NCBI GenBank assembly: GCA_964016885.1
Contig: OZ024743.1
Coordinates: forward strand, 269,080,001 to 269,144,000
DNA: 64,000 nt
Reading direction: 5' to 3'
Source: Eledone cirrhosa
Lineage: Eukaryota
This document shows positions 27,426 through 41,370 of this stretch, piece after piece. The translations under genes were made by a program, and so were the position numbers. Each line of letters starts with the position of its first letter. Position 1 is the first letter of the stretch. The notes under the pieces are model-generated. The model saw nothing but the letters and a program-made list of their open reading frames with translations. It was not told the origin of the DNA and made no database searches.

Positions 27426-28174
27426 ACACACAAATGTACCCCCGTTGAAAACTTCCGCTTCATTGGACAGCAATGCCATCTGTTATCCATTTGTGAGAAA
27501 TCGCATTGAAAACACCTGTGACATATAAACACGATATGTGTGTGTGGGGGCATGTGTACTTGTGTGTGTGGATGCTTCGGTGCTTTTGTGTGTATGTCTC
27601 AATGAGTTTGTATGTGTGTGTAAAAGGTTTAATATGGCTGAGTACCAACAAAAAAAGGGAGTACTCAGAGAGAATAAATAATACATCCTTGGATTATTTC
27701 AATACGAATATAATTTATAAAAGCAAGAAAATCAGTAAAGATTAGCCAAGCAGGGGCGAGGGAAAAGGGAAGTCACACATTCTCTCTATTACAAAAAGGC
27801 CATACCACATTATTATTTGTGTGGGTGATTTGAGGTGATGTTTAGTTGCTATTCCTAAACAGCCAAGCATTCCCTCAATTACAAAAACATACTACAACAG
27901 GGAATACTGGTTTTGCCTTCTAAACTGTAGAGTGGGTGTCTTGAGGTGATGTTTAGCTGCTATTTCCAGTCGCCAGTGACTGTGAATTATATATTTACCG
28001 TTGGTGTCCTGGGGACCGGAAAGACAATTAATCAAGGTAGAAGTTGAAATATATTTAGTTAGGTATAAGGTAGATAAAGAAACACAGTACAGTATCATCG
28101 GTGGCGCCAACCCGTCGGGATTACACCGAGTGTGTGTGTGTGCATTCAGACCCCCTTCTCTCTCTCTTTCTCTC

Positions 28175-28242
<68 letters not shown>

Positions 28243-28340
28243 GTGAGTAATGGTCTAACTGGTTTTTACCGCCTCCATTCTGATTATATATATATATAAT
28301 CAGAATGGAGGCGGTAAAAACCAGTTAGACCATTACTCAC
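28243..28340. repeat. Perfect 98-bp palindrome centred on (TA)n
   Basis: gtgagtaatggtctaactgg...ctgat(TA)n atcag...ccagttagaccattactcac. Confidence 0.95.
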
Positions 28341-28447
28341 CAGAGTACTCGATACTTGGGGGTAGTAGAGTGGGTAATATGAAAAATTCAGGACCCCGTC
28401 GGCTGAGCTCCGGCCGTTTCAACAGTTAGATCCTGAAATTTTCATAT
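28341..28447 (-). mobile_element. Cassette family E with hammerhead 3' half and short inverted tail
   Basis: Minus strand GAAACGGC(cggagctca)GCCGAC-GGGGTCC. 28431-28447 mirrors 28377-28393. Homologs at 29011-29072 and 53080-53235. Confidence 0.6.
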
Positions 28448-28466
28448 ATATATATATATATATATA

Positions 28467-28565
28467 CAGGGTGTTGCCCCTAAAACATATATATTTCAAC
28501 AGTATTCTATTAAATATTGCCTGTACAGGTAATCAAAGCGTGTATACATTTTTTGGTACAACCTG
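28467..28565. mobile_element. Tc1/mariner-type MITE
   Basis: TA|CAGGGTGT...ACAACCTG|TA; same family as 13858. Confidence 0.7.
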
Positions 28566-28829
28566 TACATATATATATGTGTGTGTGTGTGCGTTTAAAA
28601 TACCGTGTAGTTTATACCTTAAGTAGAAATGTGGAAGTCACCATAGTGTTTCAGTTTAGTTGCTTCCTGTGAAGCTATAAAGAGCTGTAACTTCAAAGTC
28701 ACTGCCATCATTTCTACTTAGAATATCTATACATATATGTATGTATGTATGTATGTGTGTGTATTTATATATCTTTCCGTTGCTTTCTCTTCTCACTCTC
28801 TATCTTTCTGTTTCATCTTTTATTTCTCA

Positions 28830-28945
28830 TTCTATCTTTTGATGAAGGACTAGCGTCAGAAGCGTAAATACTCCTTTCATACTACATCAAGCGAGAAACG
28901 AATATATTTCTTCATTGTACTGTACTGTTGGCTTTGTTTCCGTTT

Positions 28946-28950
<5 letters not shown>
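28830..28950 (+). mobile_element. Degenerate hammerhead cassette, family A
   Basis: tTGATGAAGGACTAGCGTCAGAAgCGT with the same tail as 6144, followed by (TA)n. Confidence 0.55.
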
Positions 28951-29010
<60 letters not shown>

Positions 29011-29013
<3 letters not shown>

Positions 29014-29070
29014 AACGAGTAGGACCCCGACGGCTGAGCTCAAGCCGTTTCGACGGCTAATTCTGGACTA

Positions 29071-29072
<2 letters not shown>
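29011..29072 (-). mobile_element. Family E cassette between two (TA)n tracts
   Basis: Minus strand GAAACGGC-TTGAGCTCA-GCCGTC^GGGGTCC: a 5-bp stem III and a GUC triplet. Confidence 0.65.
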
Positions 29073-29138
<66 letters not shown>

Positions 29139-29139
29139 T

Positions 29140-29182
<43 letters not shown>

Positions 29183-29356
29183 ATACACACCCATTCCCTC
29201 GTCATACATCTCCATATACGCTATGCTTATCACATATATGTATATATATGTATGTATATAACTTGACACATTCTCCCATAAGTGTGTTGATACCAGGACA
29301 CTTAGATTACGCATGTTAAACCTGTAAACATGGGTGTATACATGTATAGAAAGGTG

Positions 29357-29441
<85 letters not shown>

Positions 29442-29549
29442 ATTTGCGGGTGTATTGTGTACAATTTTAAGTGCATTGTTATGACATGTGTTTCATATTG
29501 TACACAATGTTTGAGTATATGTCTATATACCAATAGATACATTTATGTA

Positions 29550-29605
<56 letters not shown>

Positions 29606-29861
29606 CTATGTAATGTATGGGTACGTCTATATATATATATATATGTATATGTACTTGCGTGCACTCACACACGTGATACTTTGTCCTCTCGTTTAATTGA
29701 TGCAACAAGTGTGTGTGCGGTGTGTGTGTATTGTTGACTGGGCACGTGTTGAATATGTATCTGCTTTTGTTTGTGTCTGGTGTGTGTGTGTGTGGTGTGT
29801 GTGTGCTTTCTAAATGCAGGCCTTTTCTGCAAGAATTTATGGAAGTCGCACACAATTCGAA

Positions 29862-29892
<31 letters not shown>

Positions 29893-30156
29893 GTGTGTGT
29901 ATGTTTGTGTTTTGCGTGTGTGTGTGTGTGTGTGTGAGAGAGAGAAGGAGAAGAAGTGAGATTGATATACAGAAGAACAATGGATACGAGTAAGAGATTA
30001 GTAGTACTTTATTTATAAATCTCGAAAGGATAAAAGGCAAAGTTGACCCCGGCCAAATTTGAACTCAAATCAGAGAGACTGGGAATGGTAACAACCGCCA
30101 TTCTATCCGACTTTCTAAAGACAGTGTTTAATCAGTTTATTTATTATTGTTATTTT

Positions 30157-30295
30157 AGTTACGTCCCTTTACGGTCAGAGTTCAAATCCCGCCGAGTTTA
30201 AATTTGCCTTTCATCCATACGGGGTCGATAAAATTAAGTACCAGTAATACACTAGGATAATTGCTGACCTTGTGCAAAAAGTAGAAACAATTATT
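30157..30295 (+). mobile_element. tRNA-derived SINE, 5'-truncated
   Basis: Matches 41765-41953. Confidence 0.85.
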
Positions 30296-30678
30296 GTTAT
30301 TTTCTTGCTTTTTTTGGTGGGGGATGGACCAGAGACGGCCGTAGCAACTTATTTGTGCCCTCAGCTGGGCTTTTTTGTTTTAGGATGGTTAAAATGTTTG
30401 AATTTGATACCTGTATATATATAGATAGCCTTTCAATTCCAATTACTTGCGCCAAGCTAACTTTAATATGTAAAATGGGTGGGTGGGAGTGCTGTGTATT
30501 CTAATTTTTTGTGTGACCCCCAAACCTGAAGTGACCCGGGCCTCCCTAGATCTACATCCAACTCTCTATATAGATGTATGTATGTTTGAGTTTGTGTGTG
30601 TGTGTGTGTGTGTTGTTTTATGTTTCCTATTAGTAATATTCTCCATTTGTCGGCTCTTCAGGCAAATAAACAGAAATA

Positions 30679-30715
<37 letters not shown>

Positions 30716-31179
30716 ACAACAACAAAAACAACTTCGCTGTCAATGTAATTTTAAATTAATTATGACGTAGTTGTTGATCTTATTTACATGTAGACGTTCG
30801 TTGACTTTAGGAATGTGTGTGTGTATGTATGTATGTATATATATATATATATATATAATCACACACACACACACACACACATGTATATGTATATATATCA
30901 CTCAGGATTGTCGAATGGTTTTCCGTTTGATGCTCCCATTTCGGAAATTTGCTTACGAATGGAATAACAAGTCAACATTCTTGATTGTCTCAGTTTACGC
31001 CTGAACATCCGAATATGTATGTGTATGTATATACATACACACATACAATCGGGTCAAACACACACATACATATACTTATACGCACACACATACACACATA
31101 TGTACACACATACACACACACAGATATATATATATATATATATACGCGCATACACACGTGTGCCTGATATATATCGTGA

Positions 31180-32680
31180 TTATACATCCGTGTTTCCATG
31201 TTTGTATACGTGACCTCCATCCCATCCCAGCTATTCTCTACTTGTTGCATCCCTTCGTCATCTCTTCTGCAAGGTTCATCTCTCACTATCTCTGTCCAAG
31301 TTTTCTTCGGTCTTCCTCTTCTGCATCTTCCTTCTCATGGTACTTCATCTTTATATATTACGTGCCCATCCAAACTCAATCACTTCTCATGCTCACTGCA
31401 CCCCATTCCTCTTGTGTTTAGTGTGTCTCTCTCAGCACATTCGTGTGTCGACTTTCATACACATTGAAGTTATACATCTATTGAAACATACATGCTCGAT
31501 TCCTTTCTCTTCAGCTTTCTCGTATCCTCTGCATTCATCGCCTTCTCCATTCTGCCCGCCGGGGCTGTGGGGCGGCCAGCACGTGGGACCCCATTTGGGG
31601 AGGGCGAGAGAAATGGAGGTGATGACGCTGGGAGTTCGGCTCTTCCGTGTTCGAACACATTGCACCTGCCAAGAGTGTGTATTAGTGTAATATTTTCTTT
31701 ATTATTAACTGGAAATAGGATATCATATAAAGCAGAAATTTAGTTATTAATATAACTAAATTAATATAACTAAATCTTTCAAAATTCTTGATTATATTTG
31801 AAATTATTTAAAACTTATAGGCAGTGTCTTACGTCCTACTTCACACTCAGGCATCTTAAAATCTCTCTGTTGTCATCAGATGTAATAGCTCCTTGAGTCT
31901 TTTCCAGCCTGTTCTTATTCTAGATTCTACGGTGGCTTATTAGGTCGCCTAGATAAGAAAAGCTATCAACGATGGTACTTTCTTGAGATTGTAGAAAGTT
32001 TACTGGGGTTCTTACTACTAACTATACCTGTTCTTCTGTCCTCTACAATATCTACCTTTTTCAATTAGCCTACCTGTGGTTCCACTACATCTCTCGTATA
32101 TCCATCCTTTGCATTAAGTTTCTACATATTGCTTTTCTGCAAATCGATGGTATCAATTTCTTGTGTATTTTCATACTTATTAAAACTTTGGTTTTTGCTA
32201 AGTTGACTCTGAGCCCATTTGATTCTAGGCTTAGTTTCCCCAACATGATTAAAATATAAGAACCACGTTATCAGTATGTTATCATACAAACACGCATATA
32301 TATAAAGGTAAACAGAAATAACAAAAAATAACCAAACGAACGGCACACTACACTAGTCATTCATCAGAAGATGTTAAAAATAGAAGACAAATAGAAAGTA
32401 AAGAGTGATAAGAGGGAAAAATGAGGGGGGGGGGGTGCGTATTTACCCGGCCATCTTGAAGAGAGAGAGTGAGAGATTCCTATGGACAGCTAGTCTTAAA
32501 CCCCTCTCTTATGGCCTAGAGAACTAATAAACAGGAATGGGCTGAGGAGAGAGCCTTAATGTAAACCCACATATACATTGAATTCCTCACTGTACACGCT
32601 ACCTACTCTCTGTTTGCAGCACCTCTCTACATGGCTTGCACTGCTCTCACAAGCTATTCATCTCTACATAGTTTTATTCA
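31180..32680 (-). pseudogene. Old fragmented RTE LINE (pieces 32470-32680, 31865-32120, 31180-31545)
   Basis: Minus-strand remnants appear in colinear order: LVRAVQAM..SEEFNV.VGLH*GSLLSPFLF; CKGWIYERCSG..VDSFSYLGD..RIRTGWKRLKELL; EDTRKLKRKESSM..GHV..RGRPKKTW. Confidence 0.8.
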
Positions 32681-33389
32681 CCCTTTTGATACCAACTCAC
32701 CTGGAAATCGTTTTGGTTTTATGAAATAAAACTGCTCGTATTTAAACTGTCACTAATATCGATTTAATAATTCCAAATATCGATTTAATAATGAAAAAGT
32801 TAGGCAATGTTACAAAATTTGTCCAAATTCTTCATAATTTTCAAAATAAATTGAGACTCATGGGCTGCGTATTTCATTGGAAAAATTGTAACAAAAATAT
32901 TAATGGCCACCGTTAAATATATCGTAGTGACAAACTGCGATAATGAGGATGGCAAACATTTTGCAAATCGAATCTATGAGCCAGGTTCGCCCTCTAGTTA
33001 CAGCTACATCACTGATAGTCCCAGTTTACGTTCGGTTCCTGGTGGTATCTTCTTCATTTGCCCTGTCGACAGGAAGAATTCTGAACCTGTGGTGTTTTAT
33101 GTAATTACTAGGACGGCAACTCCATAATGTCACCTCTGTTTTCTCATGGTGCTTCTTGACTTACGCTGATATATTTTTATATCGAACACACGTCTTGTCT
33201 TCCTGTATGGCAGCTTTTTTGTGCAAGCATCTTATTAATTTCGCTCAGATTATTTATATCTATCTTTCAACATTCTATATTCTCTTTCGCTCGCTCTCTC
33301 TCTCTCTCTCTCTCGCTCGCTCTCCCTCTCTTCAAAATGACTAACTAAACACACACGTTCTTTTTCTCATTCTCTATCTTTTTATTTCC

Positions 33390-33512
33390 CACTCTATCTT
33401 ATAATGAAGGACTAATGTCCGAAACGTTAAGACTTTTTCATACTATATCAAACTTTGAACTAATATATTTCTTCATTGTACTGTATTGTTTGTTTTGTGT
33501 TGCCGTTTACTT
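33390..33512 (+). mobile_element. Hammerhead cassette, family A (core mutated)
   Basis: TCTT-ataATGA-AGGAC-TAAT-GTCC-GAAACGTT^AAGA plus the family tail. Confidence 0.6.
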
Positions 33513-33531
33513 TTTGCGCGCGCGCACGCGC

Positions 33532-33593
<62 letters not shown>

Positions 33594-33807
33594 TCTATAT
33601 GTGTGTATGAATTTATGCATATCTGTATTACTTTAATATGTTTCGGCCGCTATTGGCCCAGGCCATATATAACTAATGACAACACAATATATTTGACAAT
33701 CCTCTTCCTATTGTGTGTGCGTATGTGGTGGACTATATAAATGTGTTTATTGCATTCATCCTTCTATCGTAGTATATTATATTAATACATGAAATTGCAC
33801 ACATAGT

Positions 33808-33932
33808 AATAATTGTTTCTACTTTTGGCACAGGGCCAGCAATTATCTCAGTACATTACTGGTACTTTATTTTATCGACCCCGTAAGGATGAAAGGCAAA
33901 GTTAACCTCGGCGGGATTTGAACTCAGATCGT
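33808..33932 (-). mobile_element. tRNA-derived SINE, 5'-truncated
   Basis: Reverse complement of the SINE 3' part. Confidence 0.85.
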
Positions 33933-34367
33933 ATGGTATACACACAAATACATACACGCAATATATATACTTTGCACACAAGTTATACACACACATGCAC
34001 ACAAACTATATATATATATAATCCACAAGCTATACACATACATACGTAATCTTTATCAATGCTCGCTATCTACCGCTATTTTCTTAACTCCACTTCTCCT
34101 CCCTCCCTCTGCCTCTCATCTCCACCTTCTCCTTCCCCTCGTTCCACCTTGTATACGGCTAATAATTTATCTTAGTTTCTAACTACTGTCTTTTTGTATT
34201 GTATCGTTCAACCTTGAAATCACACACACAGACACACACACACATACAGACATACGTTCATACATACACTTACTCCCCTTTCTCTGTGTGTGGTATGTAA
34301 TATATGGAGTGTCCACATAACAATGTTCTGTTTTATTACTCTGTGTGTGTGTGTGTGTGTTTGTTTG

Positions 34368-34403
<36 letters not shown>

Positions 34404-34426
34404 CACACACACACACATATACACAC

Positions 34427-34459
<33 letters not shown>

Positions 34460-34997
34460 GTGTGTATTAATACAAATGCTACACGAAAAAAATATCGGGA
34501 CACGAAGGACAAACGAAGAAAAGTCTCTATCCTCAGCAGCCATTCCCTGGAAATGCGATTTCGTGCATATATATATATATAGTGTCGGGTCAAGTGTCTA
34601 TATATAAAGCCACTGATAAAATTCATATTATACGCGCTCGCATGCGCACTGACACACATACATACATACATATATTCATACGCATATATATATACGCACA
34701 GAGACGCACACACATCCGGACACACACATATATACATACATACACGTTCGGTTTTCTAAGTTTGTCATTTCCTTCATTTTACCATTTTACACGATATTTT
34801 CTTTAAGACATCCGATCAACTTAATTTCCTCTTTTTCTCTCACTCTTTCTTTCTTCCCCTCTCTCTGCTGGCTTCCATTTCTCTTTCTATTTATACGCTC
34901 TTTCTCTCTCACTCTCTTTTGTTATTTTCCTTCCTTTCCTCGTGAACCTTAAAAACACTGATGTCGACTTGAAGCCGAGTTATTTACACATATACAC

Positions 34998-35028
<31 letters not shown>

Positions 35029-35072
35029 TGTATGTATGTATGTATGTATGTATATATGTATACACCACATAC

Positions 35073-35104
<32 letters not shown>

Positions 35105-35535
35105 CAACATATTCATATTTCCGGGTGTATTATTAGATTACATTATCTCTTGTGCTGTATACATCGTGTGTACATGTTTATGTGAGTATAACACACACAC
35201 ACACACACATACACTGTCTCACTCACACGCACGCGCACACACACATATATCACTGTAAATGATGGTGTGTATAAAACCAACCCCGCAGTAATAATTACAA
35301 TATAGGGTTTGATGTATACTGGCAAGTGTATATAATAAGACCACCAGCCAATATTTTGCTACAGTTGGTTACAAATGTTGGTTTGGTGCAGCGTGAGGGA
35401 ATTGATCTCATGTTTTTAGCATCGTTTAATATACGTTGACCCCCCCCCCTCCCCCCAAAAAAAAACTTCTTTCTAAACTATAGCTTTATAAAGGATGTAT
35501 ATTTTTTTAAATTTAATATATATATATATGATTTC

Positions 35536-35676
35536 TAGCATAGTTACGTCCCTTTACAGTCTGAGTTCAAATCCCGTCGAGGTTAACTTTGCCTTTCGTC
35601 CTTACGGGGTCGATAAATAAAGTACCAGTAATGTACTAGGTATTTGCTGGCCTCGTGCCAAAAGTAGAAACAATTA
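35536..35676 (+). mobile_element. tRNA-derived SINE, 5'-truncated
   Basis: Matches 41765-41953. Confidence 0.85.
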
Positions 35677-37391
35677 TTTTTCCCAGTTGTTTTTCCTGTA
35701 ATTGTTATATTCAATGACACCGGGATATGCAACAGGATAACAACATTGGTGGTGTCTAGCCCTTAATCGCCCTCCAATTGTTATTTAACATTTTTGAAGC
35801 CGAACCGCCTGAAATCGCCCCTAGTTCTGTGATACAAAGCTGTTTGTTTTAAAATATTTATATTTATCGAAAAAAGAAAACAAAGAATGAACAATTCTCT
35901 GTAGGAACCTTTGTTAAGTTATATTCTAAAATCCAGCTACTAAAAATCAAGTTGGATATATTACTAAATCCCTTCAAATTGTTGAATATTTCAGAATTAT
36001 TTGTAAAACTTTAGTCGTCAGAAATATGTTATAACAGCACACTTCAGATGTTCTTTGGTTTGTAAAGTTTGTCTTCTTTCTCGAGGCTAACAGTAGGACT
36101 GTCTTCGGATTCTGTCTTTTACGTTTTTCTCTGATGGTCTATAGATGTAAGAGAGAGGAAGAGACCGAGGGAAGAAGGGTGAGGTATTCACGAGCTTGCC
36201 TATATCTATCTCTGTCAGTCTATGGACCTAAGAGAGAGTGGTGGTCGAGGGAAGTAGTGTGAGGTGTTCACCAATTTGCCTATGTCTGTCTCTGTCGATG
36301 AAGAGAGAGAGGAAGTGGCCAAGGGAAGAAGTATAAGATGTTTATTATCTTGTTTCACTTCCAAATCTTCTCACCAGGAATAGAGATTGTGTCGCAGCAC
36401 CCAAACCTCAAATTCAGCCACTGCTGTGGTCCACGGCCGGATTAAGACTTTTCGAAGCCTTAAGCAGGTAAAAGATTATAGTTTTCCCACACCTTGTACT
36501 GGACAAATGTCTCTATGGGCTCCTTCTTTACATGATTATTTTGCTTAATGGTTAATCCAGAGCTGCTGTAATTGAATTATTTAGTGGAAGACTTTATTTT
36601 ACGACGGTGTTTGGCCTAGTGGCTAAGCTATTGTGTTGGCCGCTCAATCATAAGGGTCACGGGTTCTATTCCTGTACCGGGTGGTGTGTTGAGTTCTTGA
36701 GCAAGATGTTTCATTTCATGCTGCTTTTCATGATGGGACTGAAAAACCTATCGTTAAAACCTCAAAGAAACCTCACATACGATACAACCTAGTAGGAGGC
36801 CGGCTAAATCTGTATAGGTATGTGCTGTGAATTTCATTTTTTTTTATGATATATTCATCAGTTGGTTGAATTTCGTTCATATGTCTTTGACGAATGAGAA
36901 TTACTTCAGATTTACAAGATTTTGAATTTTAGCGACATTATAAATAATTATTTAAAGATTTAGTATATTACATACAACCAGCGAGTTGGCAGTGTCTTTA
37001 TGGCGTCGGATTAGAATGCTTTGCAGTATTCGTTTCGGTTCAAATCTCGCCGAGGTAAATTTTGCCTTTCTTTCTTTCGAGAATAGAGAAAGCGTTATTC
37101 TAACGGAATGCGAGGGAGAAGACACGTTGAAATAATTATTCCAACTGGTGGGGATCACTCAGACCGGTGGCCACTTCCGCCCCGGTAGCAGTAAGTAGGG
37201 TCCAAGAACACCAAAAGTCTCACCGCTGCAGGTTCAATAATAAAATCCTCACTTTTCATAACAGCTGAAGTCTATCTAAAAATGAATACCCCCAACACTA
37301 GCAGCAGCAGGCGGGAGATAGACTGTCCCTCAAAGCCAATGAAACCTGGATAAGTTCCAGTCATGAGATAGACTTAAACCTTTTATATATA

Positions 37392-37578
37392 CTAGCAGAA
37401 AAACCACCCTTCGGGTGGTTTTCTGCTAGCATGTGTAGTGTGCATATTGATATTATACGCAAATATATATGCATGTAGATATGATACATCAAATAAAACC
37501 GTAATTGACAATATACACAGAAATTGAACGAAGACTGTTACACTCTCTTATGTATTCAGTAAAGTAATCCATGATACA

Positions 37579-37609
<31 letters not shown>

Positions 37610-37880
37610 TAAACTGCATTAGGAGAAAAATTAGTGACGGAAATCTATGAATGTTTATATAAGCGATCTCTAACCGGAAGTGTTGACATTTGAAAATTTT
37701 AAAGAAGTGAATCTTTAAATGTGCAATAAAATATATTTAATCAAGAGTTACGAAATTTAGTAGATAAATTATAATATTCATTCATTATTTATTCAAAGTA
37801 ATCCAACTTATTTTACAAACGGGATGAAAAAAATATATTCTGGACGCTGTCCCGCACTCCTTTCTTTATTATAGTTAAGA
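37392..37880 (-). mobile_element. Probable non-autonomous Helitron
   Basis: On the minus strand the 5' end is A|TCTTAACTATAATAAAG. The 3' end has the hairpin ACCACCC-GAA-GGGTGGT followed by CTAG|T. There is no TSD. Confidence 0.6.
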
Positions 37881-38670
37881 TACAAAAAGATCTGAAAAAT
37901 CAGCAATAAACCAGCAGTCTGATTAGTCACGTTATCTACTTAATGTAATTAAATGGATAATTAGTTATTCTTTTATTTTTACTTTTTACTTGTCTCAGTC
38001 ATTAAACTGCAGTCATGCTGGGGCACCTCCTTAACTATTTTGATACCTACCTCTGCTTCTATGAATCAAAATCACCCACTTTAAAGGATGCCTAATTAAT
38101 TTAAAACTTACCAATATAATTTTAAGATCATTTTTTTAATGGTACAAATACCATCTTAATGAAATTATAATTTGAATGAATCTTTTCCAAATACTTCTTT
38201 AATTAATTAAAAATAAAAAGTATTTCATTCGATATGCGGCAATAAAAGGGTTAATTAAAGTCGATCATATCGATCTCAGTACTTCTCTTTTCAAATCTGG
38301 TACTTATTTATTTTATTGATCTCTTTACCTGTTAAGTATAAGAAGTGGATTCGATCAAAGGCATATAAGTTTCCTTCTACTTTTTCTTTCAGTTGTAAAG
38401 CATAAATGTGTGCCGGGGTGTGAATCTGTATTTTTGTTAGTGTGTGGAAGTGTATTTTGTGTGTATTAGTATGTATGTGTTAGTATGGGTGTGCTGCTAA
38501 CTTTTTTTCCTATTCATGTTTCCATGTTAGCTAGTGCCTGTACGTGATGTTACTGAGTGTGTGTGTGTGTGTGCATGCATATATATATTTAACCCATTTA
38601 AACCGAGCTGATGATCCGTTAAGGTGAAACAAATTGTCCTCAGTAATGGTTTACTAACTGTTGTGGAATT

Positions 38671-38702
<32 letters not shown>

Positions 38703-38835
38703 CCTCCACTTCCACCAGGCGTGATGTTTATTTCATTTATCAACTATATATATATAAATGTATGCACGCTTCAACAGCATTCTAATAAATATTGCCTGTA
38801 TAGGTAATCAAAGTGTGTATACATTTTCGGGACAT

Positions 38836-38890
<55 letters not shown>

Positions 38891-38978
38891 CAAATTATAA
38901 AACGATATAAATTCGTAAATATATATGTATGCTTAAATTCATTCGTATGCGTTTAAACCGGCGCGCATATGTGTGTAA

Positions 38979-39041
<63 letters not shown>

Positions 39042-39805
39042 CCTATACGAAGTGTATAGGTTTCTGTGTGTGAGTGTGTACTTAACATTCATTACAACCT
39101 ATCATTGTAAACAGATTAGTGTACTACAAAACACTTAATACCAGAGAGTTGCTTTTATTAGTTTGTCTAACTTCTTTACTGAGAACACATTTAAAGATTG
39201 CTTATTTATCAAGAAACTTTTATAGGCATGAATAAGAAATAGTACCAGCGCAGCGTGATTCGGTACAGAGGTGTGCATGGAAGCGCATTATGTTATCCGT
39301 TTATGTATAATAAACATAGATAAAAACACCCGGATGTAATGCATGCGCAGCCCAAGTACACTGCTCACAAAGACAAGATGATGTGAGACAGAACAAAGAG
39401 ACACAAAGTAACAATAAAAGTAGTTAGTGAGGAGGACTTAGAATGCTTCGAAAGAGCTTCGACAATAAAAAAACAAAACAAAAAAAAAACAAAAAAACAA
39501 CCACCATCCGGTTATAACCGACCAGGAAATTATGATAATAAATTAAAATGAAATTCAACAGGTGCGTGTGTTTTTTATTGGCAGCATGACCCTCCCAAAG
39601 TATAACAGACATAGATAAGTCTTGTGGGTATTTAAAGTTGTGGTTATGTCGTAGCTACCTCAGTGGTCGTGTCAAATCGACTAATACTATAATATTTCCA
39701 GGTCGTTATCTTCAGTAACGTTTACGCACTCGGCTCATGTTATATGTATTTATAATAAATAACCATAGTTAATTTCATGTATGCTGCATATATTGACTTT
39801 GACTT

Positions 39806-40115
39806 GACTGGCACTCCGTCGGTTGCGACGACAAGTGTTCCAATTGATCCGAGAATAGGAACATCCTGTTCGTGAAATTAACGTGCAAGTGACTGAGCAT
39901 TCCACAGACACGCGTACCCTTCTGTGGGGAATTCAGTGAGACACCGAACGTGACAAGGCTGGCCCTTCGAATTACAAGTACAACACATTTTTGTCAGCTG
40001 AGTGGACTGGAGCAACGTGGAATAAAGTGTCTTGCTCAAGGACACAACGCGCCGCCGGGAAGCGATGTCACGACCTTATGATTGTGAGCAGAATACCTTA
40101 ACCACAAAGCTACGT
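39806..40115 (-). mobile_element. Near full-length CORE-type tRNA SINE
   Basis: The minus strand starts TAGCTTTGTGGTTAAG, followed by the CORE-like GTGTCCTTGAGCAAGACACTT. Several homologs lie in the window. Confidence 0.75.
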
Positions 40116-40616
40116 ACCTCCACGTATATATTGCTGGTATTACATCAAACCTATTACATACAAAGAAGCAGACCAACAGCAGTAAAATCTAAGACCACTG
40201 TCCAGTTAGTTCATAGTTTTACTGTTACTAAGTAGTATTACGTCATACAGACCAAAGTTAGTACATAGTTTTACTGTTACTACTCACTAGTATTATGTCT
40301 GATCTACTACACACATACATACATAGATCAACAACAGCAAAATCTAAGACCAGTGTCAATATGCAGAACAACTAACTCCTACTGCAGGCTTGCTCTATAT
40401 TACTACTACTGCTCTTAGTATTGCAACTGATGACGACGATTTACACGTACATATACGGATATATAATCTAACACTTTCACACACAGATGTGTGTGAGAGT
40501 GTGTATGTGCGTGTGTGTTTATAAAACGAAGTTCTGATGTAGACACTGGTTTGCTTATCTTAGTGATAGTGATGATTGCGTTTTTTATACGCATTGACTT
40601 GTAATCATGTGGTGGC

Positions 40617-40668
<52 letters not shown>

Positions 40669-41370
40669 TTACTACTACTACTACTAGTAGTAGTAGTTTT
40701 AGTTATAGGGAGGATAGTTTTGGATTATTACTGTTGTTATCATCGGAACCCGTCAAAGCCCTATAGTTCATTTGCTGCATTTCGTAAATAAATAAAGAAT
40801 GAAAGGGACATCATCATCATCAGCTTCATGTATTTCCATCAACGTCATCATCATCATCATCATCATTATCATCATCATATTTACCGTCATCACCAACATC
40901 ATCATATTCACCAACGCCATCATCATCATCACCGCCACCTAAATAATTTAGTTGCTTGAGTTAACAATCCATAGGTTCACAGCTCAAACCTTCTTACTAA
41001 GAGATGAACCATAAAGACATTGTTTTCTCTTTGCTAACAACAACAACAACATCAACTTCAACAGTATCGAGAACAACCAAACATTTCCAGAACATGGAAG
41101 CCAGGAAATATTATAACTGTTTATATCAACTTTTTCATCTCCAAATCACAATAGGAATTCAGATTTTTATACTTTTAAGCGTCCACTTCAGTCTTAACTG
41201 ACCATGGTCTTGCACCTGGACAGCACTTCTCCAAGGTGCATGTCTGAGCAAGGTGTTTTATTGAAGACCAGTGATCTCCCATGCATAGCTTCGCTCCTTG
41301 GACAAAATCGTGGGTCATTTTGTCCAAGAGAAAAGCAAATGATTAGCTAATTATATTATATTATATTATA

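Noticed and set aside
31870-31890. Minus-strand CTGATGA as a hammerhead core
   Set aside because: It lies within decayed RTE coding sequence (ELLHLMT) and has no GAAA or stems.
39685-39720. Minus-strand CTGAAGA...GAAATATTA
   Set aside because: Stem II is essentially absent and stem I relies on wobble pairs.
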